Assembly (NCBI GenBank): GCA_035388625.1
Contig: DAOOQH010000001.1
Span: 463 to 64,462 of the forward strand
Source of the DNA: Chitinophagaceae bacterium
GTDB lineage: Bacteria; Bacteroidota; Bacteroidia; Chitinophagales; Chitinophagaceae
DNA: 64,000 bases
Reading direction: 5' to 3'
In this document: piece by piece, positions 26,623-36,339 of the stretch
Layout of the letters: every line of letters begins with the position of its first letter
Position numbering within the stretch: position 1 is the stretch's first letter
Notes under the pieces: model-generated
Database searches by the model: none
What the model was told of the DNA's origin: nothing
What the model saw: the letters and a program-made list of their open reading frames with translations, nothing else
Made by a program: the position numbers and the translations under genes

Positions 26623-28860
26623 TTAAAAGTTAGCTTTAACTCCAATATTGAAACTCAAAGGTATATTGGGTCTATAGCCTTGTGGAAGGTTTGTAATAAT
26701 TGCCTTGCTATTCGTAAGATTATTGATAAGGGTAAAAACGGTAATATGTTTACTGAAATTATAATTAGCAGAAAGATCAAAAATTAAAAATCCTTCTAAG
26801 CTATTTATGTCGGCAAGACTAACATTTTGATCTGGAACTATGACATCGCCTTGCCCAGGTTTAATTCTTGTTTCGCCATTATATCTTCCTGTTAATGTGA
26901 TATCAAATTTATTTTTTTCAAAACCTAAACTCGCGGTCAAAAGATGTGGTGTAATAAATGGTATTAAATCGCCTTTATTAATAGTGCCACTTCCCCAATC
27001 GCCACCACCATTTACAAAAGTTTCTTGAAATTTAGCTGAAGTATACGTGTAAGCTATAGTCAATGGAAGTTTAATTTTTGATGGCGTTGCTTTTATATTT
27101 AATACATCATAACTTAAACTAATTTCAAGCCCTTTAATAATTGCATTGCCTGCATTAAACATGTCGCCTGTGCCTGCGCCACCTCCTGAAACATTGTCTG
27201 AGCCTAATATATTTGCATAATTATTTAAGAAAGTGGTTGCTTGTAAATTCAAATTTTTCTTTTCATAACGATAACCCAACTCGTAATTTACAGAAGTCTC
27301 AACTTTTGCTTGTCCAAGAGAAGCGTTTATAGAAGGCATTCCCGGAGGAGAAAAACCTTTATGCACACCGCCAAAAACGCTCATAATTTTAGAAACCTCA
27401 TAATTAAACCCTATGCCGGGTAAAAATATGGATAAATCATTTGTGGCTGTTTGTAATGCTGTTCCAAGCCTTTCATAATCAGCGTTTCCAAAATTTTTAA
27501 AATTAAAGTTTATTTTTTCATGTCTAATGCCAGGACTTATTTTTAGGCCTTTATAACGAATATCATAACTTAAATAAGTTGCCAAACTTTGAGCACTTCG
27601 TATTTGATTTTCTTGATTACCGTTGATACCAGCTGTGGTAATTATCATTCTTCCATTTGTCATTGTGTACACCGAATTAGCGCCATATCGATCTGCCTCA
27701 TCAGCATGATACCTCATACCGAATTGGAATTTATGCGTAATCTCTCTTGTCTTGAAAAAATAATTAGCATTTAATTGTATTCCTTTTGAAAAGAAAGTTC
27801 TTGCTGCACTTCTATATTGAATATCCCCATTCTCTTGCCCTGTCATTATATTATAACCGGTTTGATATGTAGTTGGGTCATTTAGTATATTATTAATACT
27901 TTGTGCTCCAAAAGTATTGGCTCGAGCCCAGTCTCTAAATGTTTTTGAATAATAGGCAGTTGTACTAATTGAAAATTGCTTTGATGGTGCAATAGTATGA
28001 TTGAGTGAAATATGTTGATGATTGATATCCAAAATATCTTTTTGTGTACCAGCGTATCTTCTTAATGAATTTTTTTGGTAATCATCGTAAGTAAGCCCCA
28101 AATAAGTTTCGTTACCCTTTTCGGTTGTATTCACAAATTTCAATGTTATAGCTTGCGGGATTGCTGCATTTTCGGCAGTATGCCAACGAAGTTTACCTAA
28201 TATATCACGTCTATCAAAACCAGAATTACCACCCTGGTCAATTTCTTTAAAGCCATTACTTGCCAATCGGTTTACCTCAAATACATAATCAAAATTCTTT
28301 CTGCTATCGCCAACCCAAACTCTTTGTTGATTTGTATTAAAACTTCCAAAAGACAATTGAGCAAATCCTTTAAAAGCTTTTGGAATTCCTGTTGATAACA
28401 AGTTTACTGCACCTCCAATTGTATAAGGACCATATTTTATTTGACTACTTCCTTTCAATACTTCTATACCATGCATGCGAGCAAAAGTTGGGAAATAATA
28501 AGCTGATGGGTCTGAATAAGGTGCAGGCGCAATTAAAATACCATCTTCCATTAACGTAATTTTGCTACTTCGGTTCACTGAAGTTCCTCTTAAGCCAATG
28601 TTCGGCCTAAGACCAAAACCTTCTTCATCTCTAACATTCACACCTGGCACAATTCTAAGAACATTGTTTACATTGGACTGATTCAGTTTTTCTAATTTTA
28701 ACCCACCTATATATTGTCCTGCCCCTGGCATGGTTTTTCCTCTATCTCCTACAATTGTAAACTCTTTCAGTTCGGAGTTCTTCATTGTATCTTGCTTTGC
28801 TTCTTGCGCAGATGTTGAAATACTTAAAAAGATCAACGGCAATACTAAAATTTTATTCAT
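26623..28860 (-). CDS. TonB-dependent (siderophore-type) outer-membrane receptor
   Basis: 745 aa with a signal peptide, a plug domain (..RIVPGVNV.DE.GFGLRPNIGLRG..), a long beta-barrel and a C-terminal aromatic residue (..GVKANF). Confidence 0.9.
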   Translation of the reverse strand: MNKILVLPLIFLSISTSAQEAKQDTMKNSELKEFTIVGDRGKTMPGAGQYIGGLKLEKLNQSNVNNVLRIVPGVNVRDEEGFGLRPNIGLRGTSVNRSSKITLMEDGILIAPAPYSDPSAYYFPTFARMHGIEVLKGSSQIKYGPYTIGGAVNLLSTGIPKAFKGFAQLSFGSFNTNQQRVWVGDSRKNFDYVFEVNRLASNGFKEIDQGGNSGFDRRDILGKLRWHTAENAAIPQAITLKFVNTTEKGNETYLGLTYDDYQKNSLRRYAGTQKDILDINHQHISLNHTIAPSKQFSISTTAYYSKTFRDWARANTFGAQSINNILNDPTTYQTGYNIMTGQENGDIQYRSAARTFFSKGIQLNANYFFKTREITHKFQFGMRYHADEADRYGANSVYTMTNGRMIITTAGINGNQENQIRSAQSLATYLSYDIRYKGLKISPGIRHEKINFNFKNFGNADYERLGTALQTATNDLSIFLPGIGFNYEVSKIMSVFGGVHKGFSPPGMPSINASLGQAKVETSVNYELGYRYEKKNLNLQATTFLNNYANILGSDNVSGGGAGTGDMFNAGNAIIKGLEISLSYDVLNIKATPSKIKLPLTIAYTYTSAKFQETFVNGGGDWGSGTINKGDLIPFITPHLLTASLGFEKNKFDITLTGRYNGETRIKPGQGDVIVPDQNVSLADINSLEGFLIFDLSANYNFSKHITVFTLINNLTNSKAIITNLPQGYRPNIPLSFNIGVKANF

Positions 28861-28947
28861 TTTTTATTGATATTTAAACTAGATATAATTGAGGCACAAA
28901 AGTCTAAATAAAATAAACAATAGGTTTTAGTATAAGGGAATAGAATT

Positions 28948-29685
28948 TTAGTTATTGGGAATTATTGCTTTAGATTGTTCCAAAGGTGTTATACCAAAAT
29001 AATTTTTATAGGCTTGACTAAAACTACTTAATGAGGAATAGCCCACAGAAAATGAAATTTCAGTAATGTTTGAAGAAGTATTTTCAAGTAAATATTTTGC
29101 TTTTATCATTCTGTTTTCTTGTATAAATTCAAATATAGTTTGGTTAAACACTTCTTTAAATCCTTTTTTAAGATAACATTGATTGGTTCCTAAAACGGTT
29201 GAAATTTTGGGAATTGTAAGGCTTTCTGACAGATTATCAATAATATATGATTTGGCTAGATGCATTTTTTGAATATCCGTCGGTTTACCTAATACAGAAC
29301 AGGTATCACAACCTAATTGAGAAAGCAAACTATTTTTTTGAGATTGAAAAAGTAGAAATAAAATAGTGCTTTCTAAGAATATTTTTCTGTGAATACCAGT
29401 CAGTTTGCAATTTATCAGATCTAAAAGTTTTGTTTGGGTATTGCAACAAATACTTTGTTTTTCAATAGTCGTTTCAAGTGTTTCATTATACTTTTCAAAA
29501 TAAGTTTTTGCAATACGGATATTGATATTATAATTGTTGGCAGCCAAATCAAAGAGGCAGTCGTTGGCAAATAATCCAAAAGTCAACAATATATAGTTTT
29601 CATTTTGTGAAGTAATACAAAACGAGCTTTCAATATTGGCTTTTTGTGTAATATCCAAATAAATGTATTCGTTAACAAAAGTCAT
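28948..29685 (-). CDS. AraC-family transcriptional regulator
   Basis: C-terminal double HTH (..ISTVLGTNQCYLKKGFKEVF.. and ..ITEISFSVGYSSLSSFSQAYKNYFG.TP). Adjacent to the TonB-dependent receptor, the usual pairing for siderophore-uptake regulators. Confidence 0.85.
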   Translation of the reverse strand: MTFVNEYIYLDITQKANIESSFCITSQNENYILLTFGLFANDCLFDLAANNYNINIRIAKTYFEKYNETLETTIEKQSICCNTQTKLLDLINCKLTGIHRKIFLESTILFLLFQSQKNSLLSQLGCDTCSVLGKPTDIQKMHLAKSYIIDNLSESLTIPKISTVLGTNQCYLKKGFKEVFNQTIFEFIQENRMIKAKYLLENTSSNITEISFSVGYSSLSSFSQAYKNYFGITPLEQSKAIIPNN

Positions 29686-29755
29686 CCGGCGAAGTTAGTA
29701 ATTTGTTTGTGTGTTCGATCATTAATATTACCTACAACACTGAATTAACGCTGTA

Positions 29756-31096
29756 TCAAATAAATTGTCGGGCTTTCAATTCTAAATATTTATTCACTAC
29801 ATCTACTGTAAGCTTTGATGGCTGAGTATACACCACTAAAATACCATTTTTTTGGAGCTCCTTTATAATCATTTTCTTCTCATAAATAAATTTGTCCGCA
29901 ATGGTTTTAATATAAATATCTTCAATTGAATCCCCTCTTTGTGTATGAATATTAGTGACTTCTGTATTTTCGAAAAGTACCACACATAAAACATGTTTTT
30001 GATTCATTATTTTTAGATAAGGTAATTGTCGTTCGAAGCCAGTAAGTGTTTCGAAATTTGTAAAAAGCAATAATAAACTTCTATGCCCACAGCGTTTATT
30101 CACCACATGATAAAGCTCGGCATAATTACTTTCAAGAAAACGGGTTTCTTGTTTATATAATAATTCCATCACAAAATTAAACTGCTTTTTAGCTTTCGAT
30201 GGTTGCAATACATCATTCACTTTTTCACCAAATGTGATGAGTCCAATTTTATCATCCTTTTGTAAGGCGACGTATGAAAACATTAAGGTGGCATTTATTG
30301 AATAATCAAGTAAGGTTAAATTATTGAATGGCATTTTCATTAAACGACCTTTATCAATTAAACAATAAATTTGTTGCGATTTTTCATCCATAAACGAATT
30401 AATCATCAATTCATTTTTTCGTGCACTTGCCTTCCAATTGATGGTACGTGCATCGTCGCCACGGGTATATTCCTTAATATGATCAAACTCAGTACTCATG
30501 CCTCGTTGAAATTGTCTTCTACCGCCACTGCTTGCTTGTAAGTCAGGAATGGCTTTAATTTGAAATTTCCGCAATTGCAAAAAAGATGGATAGACTTTCA
30601 CTGTTTTTTCTTCAAGTGCTGTAAATCGGCGTTGAATAAAATTGAGTAAAGTTGCTGAATAAATATGTATATCGCCAAACTGGTATTCACCTCGCTGAAA
30701 GGGACGAATTAGATATTGACATTCAATAGATAATTGAGGCAATAATTTTTTTGAGATGAGGAAATCTCTTTTTTGAAATTGAAAGGGCAATTCATCAATA
30801 ATAGAGACTAATAGGGGGATTTTATAACTTGATTGAATAGATAATTTCACGATATTATCTTCGGCATTACTGAGTAAATCATTTACCTTTCGAGATGCAA
30901 TAATTTGATGACTTGTTAAAAAGAGAATTGCAAAATCGATTAAAGTTAGTATGGCAAAAAATGCAAGCATACCCTTTGCGATAATCATCATCCACGGTAG
31001 AAAAAAAGTGGCAATAAAAACTAAAGCTAGATTACCCCAACAGAAAAAAAATCGGTTTGTAAAAAAAAGATCCTTAATAAAATGGCGTGGCTTCAA
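29756..31096 (-). CDS. DUF58 domain protein (vWA-like) with N-terminal membrane helices
   Basis: The segment F..IKEYT.GDD.R.INWKASAR and a following vWA-like region are typical of DUF58. Two N-terminal TM helices. Only a TTG start (31094..31096) is available. Confidence 0.8.
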   Translation of the reverse strand: MKPRHFIKDLFFTNRFFFCWGNLALVFIATFFLPWMMIIAKGMLAFFAILTLIDFAILFLTSHQIIASRKVNDLLSNAEDNIVKLSIQSSYKIPLLVSIIDELPFQFQKRDFLISKKLLPQLSIECQYLIRPFQRGEYQFGDIHIYSATLLNFIQRRFTALEEKTVKVYPSFLQLRKFQIKAIPDLQASSGGRRQFQRGMSTEFDHIKEYTRGDDARTINWKASARKNELMINSFMDEKSQQIYCLIDKGRLMKMPFNNLTLLDYSINATLMFSYVALQKDDKIGLITFGEKVNDVLQPSKAKKQFNFVMELLYKQETRFLESNYAELYHVVNKRCGHRSLLLLFTNFETLTGFERQLPYLKIMNQKHVLCVVLFENTEVTNIHTQRGDSIEDIYIKTIADKFIYEKKMIIKELQKNGILVVYTQPSKLTVDVVNKYLELKARQFI

Positions 31097-31144
31097 TTTT
31101 TAAATGTGGAGGTTAATATGTGAATATAATACAATCATGTTCAT

Positions 31145-31366
31145 TTAAAACCAACGTAAAGGATTCCTACGTGCCGACAGTATATACTCTTTCATATTTA
31201 CCCAAAAAGCCAAAATAAAATACACAATGATTGGTGAGCCGAAGGTAAAAAATGAAATATAAATAAACCACATCCTAATTCTAGCGATTGAAATATTAAA
31301 TCGTTCGCCGAGTTGGGTGCATACACCAAATAATTGCCATTCAAAAAATCGTCGAAAACGGTTCAT
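31145..31366 (-). CDS. PspC domain-containing membrane protein
   Basis: About 73 aa from ATG 31364..31366. The segment G.C..LGE.F..S....R..F....F pattern followed by a TM helix matches the PspC domain. Confidence 0.75.
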   Translation of the reverse strand: MNRFRRFFEWQLFGVCTQLGERFNISIARIRMWFIYISFFTFGSPIIVYFILAFWVNMKEYILSARRNPLRWF

Positions 31367-31503
31367 ATAACAAATATAAAAAAATCGAAGGATAGTGTTC
31401 GCTTTTAATACAATTAATTTTATATCATTTTTATTGCAAGCTGAATGACTAAAAATTGTAATTTTTATATTCAAAATTTAAATCTTGTCTATATGGTTTA
31501 AAT

Positions 31504-32124
31504 CTATCCATATTGCTTTTTAATTTTCACCCAATTCTTTGTAAACTTCATATATTCTACAACAGACATCTCTTCTATTTCGTGTTTAGTAAAATTTGAA
31601 GAAAGAGTGGCATTTAAATCTGAATTAAATAAATTAAACGAATTCCAGATTTCAGTTGGCCCATCAAAACTTAGATGTATATTATTTGTGGCTAGCCAAT
31701 GTCTTACTTTTTGAATTACTTTTTTAGGTTCATCATTATGATCCTGAATGTCTTGACCAGCAATATCTGAAAGTACTTTTTGATAATGAAATTTTTCTGT
31801 TTCAAGGATAAGTATCACTTTTCTTTTCAGCTTGGCTCCACCATACTCAAAGCAACCTATATCTAAACCCAATTCATAAGGCACATTAAATCTCGGCAAT
31901 TCGCCAATTTTCATTGGCTTACATCTTGATAGATCGTGTACACTGTATTTTGAACCTTTAATTAGTTTCTTGATTTCATTAATTCTAATATTGGCACCTG
32001 AACGTGTAATTGAAAGCTGTGGTTCAAAACCACAATATATAATTGTAAATACCAACGATTTTAATAAGGGCACATAATCCTTATCAAATGGGCAGTTAAT
32101 GAAGACATTGGTTTCAAAAGGCAT
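31504..32124 (-). CDS. hypothetical protein with nucleoside 2-deoxyribosyltransferase/TIR-like (Rossmannoid) N-terminal domain
   Basis: 206 aa. Ordered elements NVFINCPFD, helix, KYSVHDLS, PRFNVPYELGLDIG (Glu84) and KVILILE resemble the strand/helix order and acidic-residue placement of NDT/TIR-like/SLOG folds. The C-terminal ~70 aa are unrecognised. The fold assignment is my pattern reading, not a search result. Confidence 0.4.
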   Translation of the reverse strand: MPFETNVFINCPFDKDYVPLLKSLVFTIIYCGFEPQLSITRSGANIRINEIKKLIKGSKYSVHDLSRCKPMKIGELPRFNVPYELGLDIGCFEYGGAKLKRKVILILETEKFHYQKVLSDIAGQDIQDHNDEPKKVIQKVRHWLATNNIHLSFDGPTEIWNSFNLFNSDLNATLSSNFTKHEIEEMSVVEYMKFTKNWVKIKKQYG

Positions 32125-32147
32125 AATTCAAACTATTTTACTTGATA

Positions 32148-32417
32148 TTAAATGCCTACAGGAATTCTACTTCCTATTTGCCCTGTTTTTGTATGAATAA
32201 CTATTTCGCCCGTTCGATTAGCAACTTTTTGTTTAGCATAGTTAATGGCTTCTTCTTGTTCAGAAAATGATTTAACAGCTTTTGTACTTCCTTCAGAAAT
32301 AACCGACCAGTTTTGCGTTAATCCTGATACAATATGATAACGCACACTTTCTTTAGAATTTTGAATACTAGTTGTCAATAATTTACCTAAGGCTCTGGTA
32401 TATTGTATTTTAGACAT
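32148..32417 (-). CDS. DUF2188-like small protein
   Basis: 89 aa. The pattern YHIV....NWSV..EGS.KA.K.F..QEEAI.YAK..A......IVIH...G.I matches DUF2188 as I recall it. Lies 23 nt upstream of the NDT/TIR-like ORF on the same strand. Confidence 0.6.
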   Translation of the reverse strand: MSKIQYTRALGKLLTTSIQNSKESVRYHIVSGLTQNWSVISEGSTKAVKSFSEQEEAINYAKQKVANRTGEIVIHTKTGQIGSRIPVGI

Positions 32418-32622
32418 AATGACGAAATTAAGATAATAATTTGGCTATACTAAAAAAAGTGAGTTCCATTATCAATTGAAATATATGAGGCAACTACCCA
32501 TGAAAAGCTTTTAAGACTTTTCCCCAAAATCATAAAATTACGATTTGATCTATTTATGAATTTCCAAATGGTCAAATTGTCGAATTGTCGAATTATCTTC
32601 GCAATCTTAAATTAAAATCGAA

Positions 32623-32940
32623 ATGGAACAAAATAATCAACAACAACAAAATCAACTCAATATAGAATTAACTGAAGAGATGTCTGAAGGCATTTATTCA
32701 AATCTCGCCATTATTACGCATTCAAATGCTGAATTTGTAATTGATTTTATTAATGTAATGCCTGGTGCGCCTAAAGCCAAAGTAAAATCACGTATTGTAT
32801 TAACGCCTCAACATGCAAAACGCCTTTTAAAAGCTTTAGCAGAAAATGTAAAGAAATTTGAGCAAGTGAATGGTAATATTAAAGATCTTGAACCAGTTTC
32901 AATTCCAATGCAATTTGGCGGACCAACCGCACAAGCCTAA
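32623..32940 (+). CDS. DUF3467 domain protein
   Basis: 105 aa. The pattern GIYSNLAIITHS..EFVIDF...PG..KAKV.SRI.L.P.HAKRLL.AL is typical of DUF3467. Confidence 0.75.
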   Translation: MEQNNQQQQNQLNIELTEEMSEGIYSNLAIITHSNAEFVIDFINVMPGAPKAKVKSRIVLTPQHAKRLLKALAENVKKFEQVNGNIKDLEPVSIPMQFGGPTAQA

Positions 32941-32961
32941 GTAGAGTCCGTCAATAATGTC

Positions 32962-32977
32962 TCCCGAAACTTCGGGA
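32962..32977 (+). terminator. short GC hairpin downstream of the DUF3467 gene (weak terminator candidate)
   Basis: tcccga-aact-tcggga, a 6-bp stem and tetraloop 22 nt after the stop. Only two T follow, so intrinsic termination is doubtful. Confidence 0.3.
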
Positions 32978-33100
32978 TTAGTCTCGACTCAAAATCCGCT
33001 CATTGACCTTAGTCAACTCCCGAATTTCAAGCCTTCAACTGCCTCGAACTCGAACAATCTTTACAAACTCATGGCTAAATGAACAAACACTAAATAGTTT

Positions 33101-34636
33101 ATGACAGAAAAAATTTTAATACTAGACTTCGGTTCACAATACACTCAACTCATTGCACGTAATGTACGTGAGATGAATGTTTATTGTGAAATTATTCCGT
33201 TTTATGATGAAATCAAATTTGATGATTCAATTAAAGGAATTATTCTTTCAGGAAGTCCATATAGTGTAAATGAAGAAAATGCACCTACTGTTGATGTGAA
33301 AGCGATGAATGCAAAATTGCCAGTATTGGGCATATGCTATGGTGCGCAACTAACAACTAAATTGTATAACGGTAAAGTTGAAAAATCATCTTCACGCGAA
33401 TATGGTCGTGCGAAACTCTGTAATATTCAACCCGGTCACGATATACTCAATGGTATTGAAGAAAAAAATCAAGTTTGGATGAGTCATGCAGATACCATTA
33501 CTGAACTTGCAGACAATGCCGAAATTATTGCACAAACAGATAGTATTCCAATGGCAGCCTTTCAAATTAAAGGCACACCCAATCCACTCATAGGTTTGCA
33601 ATTTCATCCTGAAGTCACACATTCTGAAAATGGAAAAACCATACTTAAGAATTTTGTAGTTGGCATTTGTGGTTGTGCACAAACATGGACATCCGCAGGC
33701 TATATCAAACAAACCGTTGAAGAAATAAAACTTAAAGTAGGCGATAAAAAAGTAATTATGGCCTTAAGTGGTGGTGTTGATAGCACGGTTGCTGCGACAT
33801 TAATTCATAGAGCTATTGGAAAAAACTTGTTTTGTATTTTTGTTGACAATGGTCTTTTACGTAAAAATGAATTTCATGATGTGCTTGAAGCATACAAAGT
33901 TTTAGGCTTGAATATTAAAGGAGTTGATGCCTCTCAAAAATTTTATAGTGAACTGAAAGGAGTGAGTAGTCCTGAAGAAAAAAGAAAAATAATTGGTTCA
34001 GGTTTTATTGATGTGTTTCATGATGAAGCAATTCATTTAACTGATATTTCATTTTTGGGTCAGGGTACAATTTACCCCGATGTAATTGAAAGTGTTTCAG
34101 TAAATGGACCATCAGCTACTATTAAATCGCATCATAATGTAGGCGGATTGCCTGAAGAAATGCACCTTGAATTAGTTGAACCTTTACGATCATTATTTAA
34201 AGATGAAGTTAGAAGAATAGGATTTGAACTTGGTTTGGCCGAATCATTTATCATGCGTCATCCTTTTCCTGGCCCTGGTTTAGGTATACGTATTTTGGGC
34301 GAAGTAACTGAAGAAAAAGTAAAGCTTTTACAGCAAGCTGATGATATCTATATCCAACTATTAAAAGAGCATCATCAATACGATAAAATTTGGCAAGCAG
34401 GTGCAATTTTACTTCCTGTACAAAGCGTGGGTGTTATGGGTGATGAACGAACTTACGAATTTACTATTGCCCTACGCGCTGTAACAAGTATGGATGGTAT
34501 GACAGCAGATTGGGCACATATTCCGTATGATATTTTAGCAACCATTTCGAATGAAATAATTAATAAAGTGAAAGGAATCAACCGTGTTGTATATGATATC
34601 AGCTCTAAACCACCTGCTACTATTGAATGGGAATAA
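33101..34636 (+). CDS. guaA: GMP synthase (glutamine-hydrolysing)
   Basis: GATase domain (GICYGAQ, HPE), ATP pyrophosphatase P-loop SGGVDS and the conserved C-terminal dimerisation domain ending PPATIEWE. Confidence 0.96.
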   Translation: MTEKILILDFGSQYTQLIARNVREMNVYCEIIPFYDEIKFDDSIKGIILSGSPYSVNEENAPTVDVKAMNAKLPVLGICYGAQLTTKLYNGKVEKSSSREYGRAKLCNIQPGHDILNGIEEKNQVWMSHADTITELADNAEIIAQTDSIPMAAFQIKGTPNPLIGLQFHPEVTHSENGKTILKNFVVGICGCAQTWTSAGYIKQTVEEIKLKVGDKKVIMALSGGVDSTVAATLIHRAIGKNLFCIFVDNGLLRKNEFHDVLEAYKVLGLNIKGVDASQKFYSELKGVSSPEEKRKIIGSGFIDVFHDEAIHLTDISFLGQGTIYPDVIESVSVNGPSATIKSHHNVGGLPEEMHLELVEPLRSLFKDEVRRIGFELGLAESFIMRHPFPGPGLGIRILGEVTEEKVKLLQQADDIYIQLLKEHHQYDKIWQAGAILLPVQSVGVMGDERTYEFTIALRAVTSMDGMTADWAHIPYDILATISNEIINKVKGINRVVYDISSKPPATIEWE

Positions 34637-34656
34637 TTACTCAATATTATTTTAAT

Positions 34657-35871
34657 ATGATACAAAAAATTAGTTTACTATTTATAATAATTCTCTGGAC
34701 AGTGATGGGGGCTAATGCACAACGTCCGCAATGGTCAGAAGAAAAACAAACCTCAATACCTAAGGAATTTAAATATCCAAAAAGTATTAAAAAAGAAAGA
34801 TACAAAGTTGCAGTTCTTACTCCAATGTATCTTGACTCAGTTGATTTAGAATCTAATTTAACCCGCATTCCAAAATTCATGATGCCTGGGTTAGATTTTT
34901 ACAAGGGCATTCAAATCGCAGCAGACACATTAAAAAAACAAGGTTATAATCTCGATATTTATGTTTATGATAGCAAGTCGAATTATATGAATGTTCAAAA
35001 TTTAATTGAGTCTGACAAGCTCGATTCGATGGATGTCATTATTGGTAATGCAAGTGTTTCAGATTTAAAATTGCTTGCTGATTTTGCCAAACTAAAAGAA
35101 ATTAATTTTGTTTCGGCGGTTTCGCCTGCAGATGCGGGACAAGAGTTTAATCCTTATTTTACTATCCTTCAACCTCGGCTCACTTCTCATATCGAAAAAA
35201 TTCATAAAAATATAAATTCACGATATCCCGAAGATAATGTGGTGTTTATTCATCGAAATTTAACCGCTGAAAAAAATGCCTTGTCGTATTTTAAAAACGA
35301 CATCATGAACCAATTGCCTAGTAGATACAGTGAGATAGAATTGAAGGGTGAGGAGATCGATATAAAACAGCTGATTAAACAAATAGATACTAACTACCGA
35401 AGCACTATTGTACTTGGCATTTTAGATCCATCTATTTCGTATAAAAATTTAAAACTCTTAGTGCCTTTTGCAAAAAGATTTGGCTTAAAAGTTTATTGTA
35501 TGCCAACCATGGAAGCTGTTAAAGCGCTTGGCAAAACGGATGAATTTCCTTCAATGCCTATCTTTTACACTACCTCTTATATCATAGATAAAATAACGCC
35601 TTCAAGTGTTTATATTAGTCAAGAATATAGAAAGAAGATGGGTGGACATGTTTCGGATATTGTTTACAAAGGATTTGAGAGTTTATATTTCTTTTCAACT
35701 CTACTAAAAAAATATGGTGTGCCCTTCAACGATCATATTGGTGATAATGCATACACATTTATTACCCCTTATAAAATTGTACCAGTAAAAGAAAAAGGTG
35801 TCATTAAATTCTACGAAAATAAGTATATGTATTTATTACGGTATGAAAATGGTGTAATGACATACGAGTAA
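34657..35871 (+). CDS. periplasmic-binding-protein (type 1, LivK-like) fold protein, function unknown
   Basis: Signal peptide MIQKISLLFIIILWTVMGANAQ begins at ATG 34657. Alternating beta/alpha pattern (KVAVLTP..., VIIGNAS..., FVSAVSP...) suggests a PBP1 fold. Weak assignment. Confidence 0.4.
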   Translation: MIQKISLLFIIILWTVMGANAQRPQWSEEKQTSIPKEFKYPKSIKKERYKVAVLTPMYLDSVDLESNLTRIPKFMMPGLDFYKGIQIAADTLKKQGYNLDIYVYDSKSNYMNVQNLIESDKLDSMDVIIGNASVSDLKLLADFAKLKEINFVSAVSPADAGQEFNPYFTILQPRLTSHIEKIHKNINSRYPEDNVVFIHRNLTAEKNALSYFKNDIMNQLPSRYSEIELKGEEIDIKQLIKQIDTNYRSTIVLGILDPSISYKNLKLLVPFAKRFGLKVYCMPTMEAVKALGKTDEFPSMPIFYTTSYIIDKITPSSVYISQEYRKKMGGHVSDIVYKGFESLYFFSTLLKKYGVPFNDHIGDNAYTFITPYKIVPVKEKGVIKFYENKYMYLLRYENGVMTYE

Positions 35872-35886
35872 ATTAATTTGAATTTA

Positions 35887-36339
35887 ATGAATTTCATTCG
35901 CGAAGCTGTAATTGAGGACATTCACTCACTCGCTGAAATATTTGATCAGTATAGGATATTCTATGAAAAAAAATCAGATATTGATTCAGCAAAAATATTT
36001 TTAGGTGATCGAATCAAATTAGGCGAATCAAAAATTTTCATTTCAATTAATGATGACGTTATAACTGGATTTGTTCAACTCTATCCTATCTTTTCATCTA
36101 CACAAATGAAACGATTATGGTTACTCAATGATTTATTTGTTGACCCAAAATTTCGAGGACAAGGCATATCCAAAAAATTAATTGAAGAATGTAAAGGACA
36201 TAGCGTTCGCACCAATGCAAGTGGATTGATTTTAGAGACAGCCAAATCAAACACCATTGGTAATCAATTATATCCTAGTGTAGATTTTAATTTAGATCAA
36301 GATCATAATTATTATTACTGGGAAAATAATGCAATTTAA
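35887..36339 (+). CDS. GNAT-family N-acetyltransferase
   Basis: Acetyl-CoA binding motif V.P.FRGQGISKKLI. Start placed at ATG 35887; the ORF track uses TTG 35878. Confidence 0.8.
   Translation: MNFIREAVIEDIHSLAEIFDQYRIFYEKKSDIDSAKIFLGDRIKLGESKIFISINDDVITGFVQLYPIFSSTQMKRLWLLNDLFVDPKFRGQGISKKLIEECKGHSVRTNASGLILETAKSNTIGNQLYPSVDFNLDQDHNYYYWENNAI

Noticed and set aside
33392-33712. 106-aa minus-strand ORF inside guaA, and the similar ORFs 34453..34665 and 34647..34880
   Set aside because: They are antisense to, or out of frame with, highly conserved genes, and their Cys/Phe-rich products look like nonsense translation. I applied the same reasoning to 26840..27028, 27589..27774, 36860..38648, 40189..41441, 44870..45559, 46228..46609, 47413..48040, 49156..49371, 50192..50413, 53575..53877, 55049..55267, 57734..57961, 59241..59435, 59946..60155, 62615..62890 and 63614..63826.
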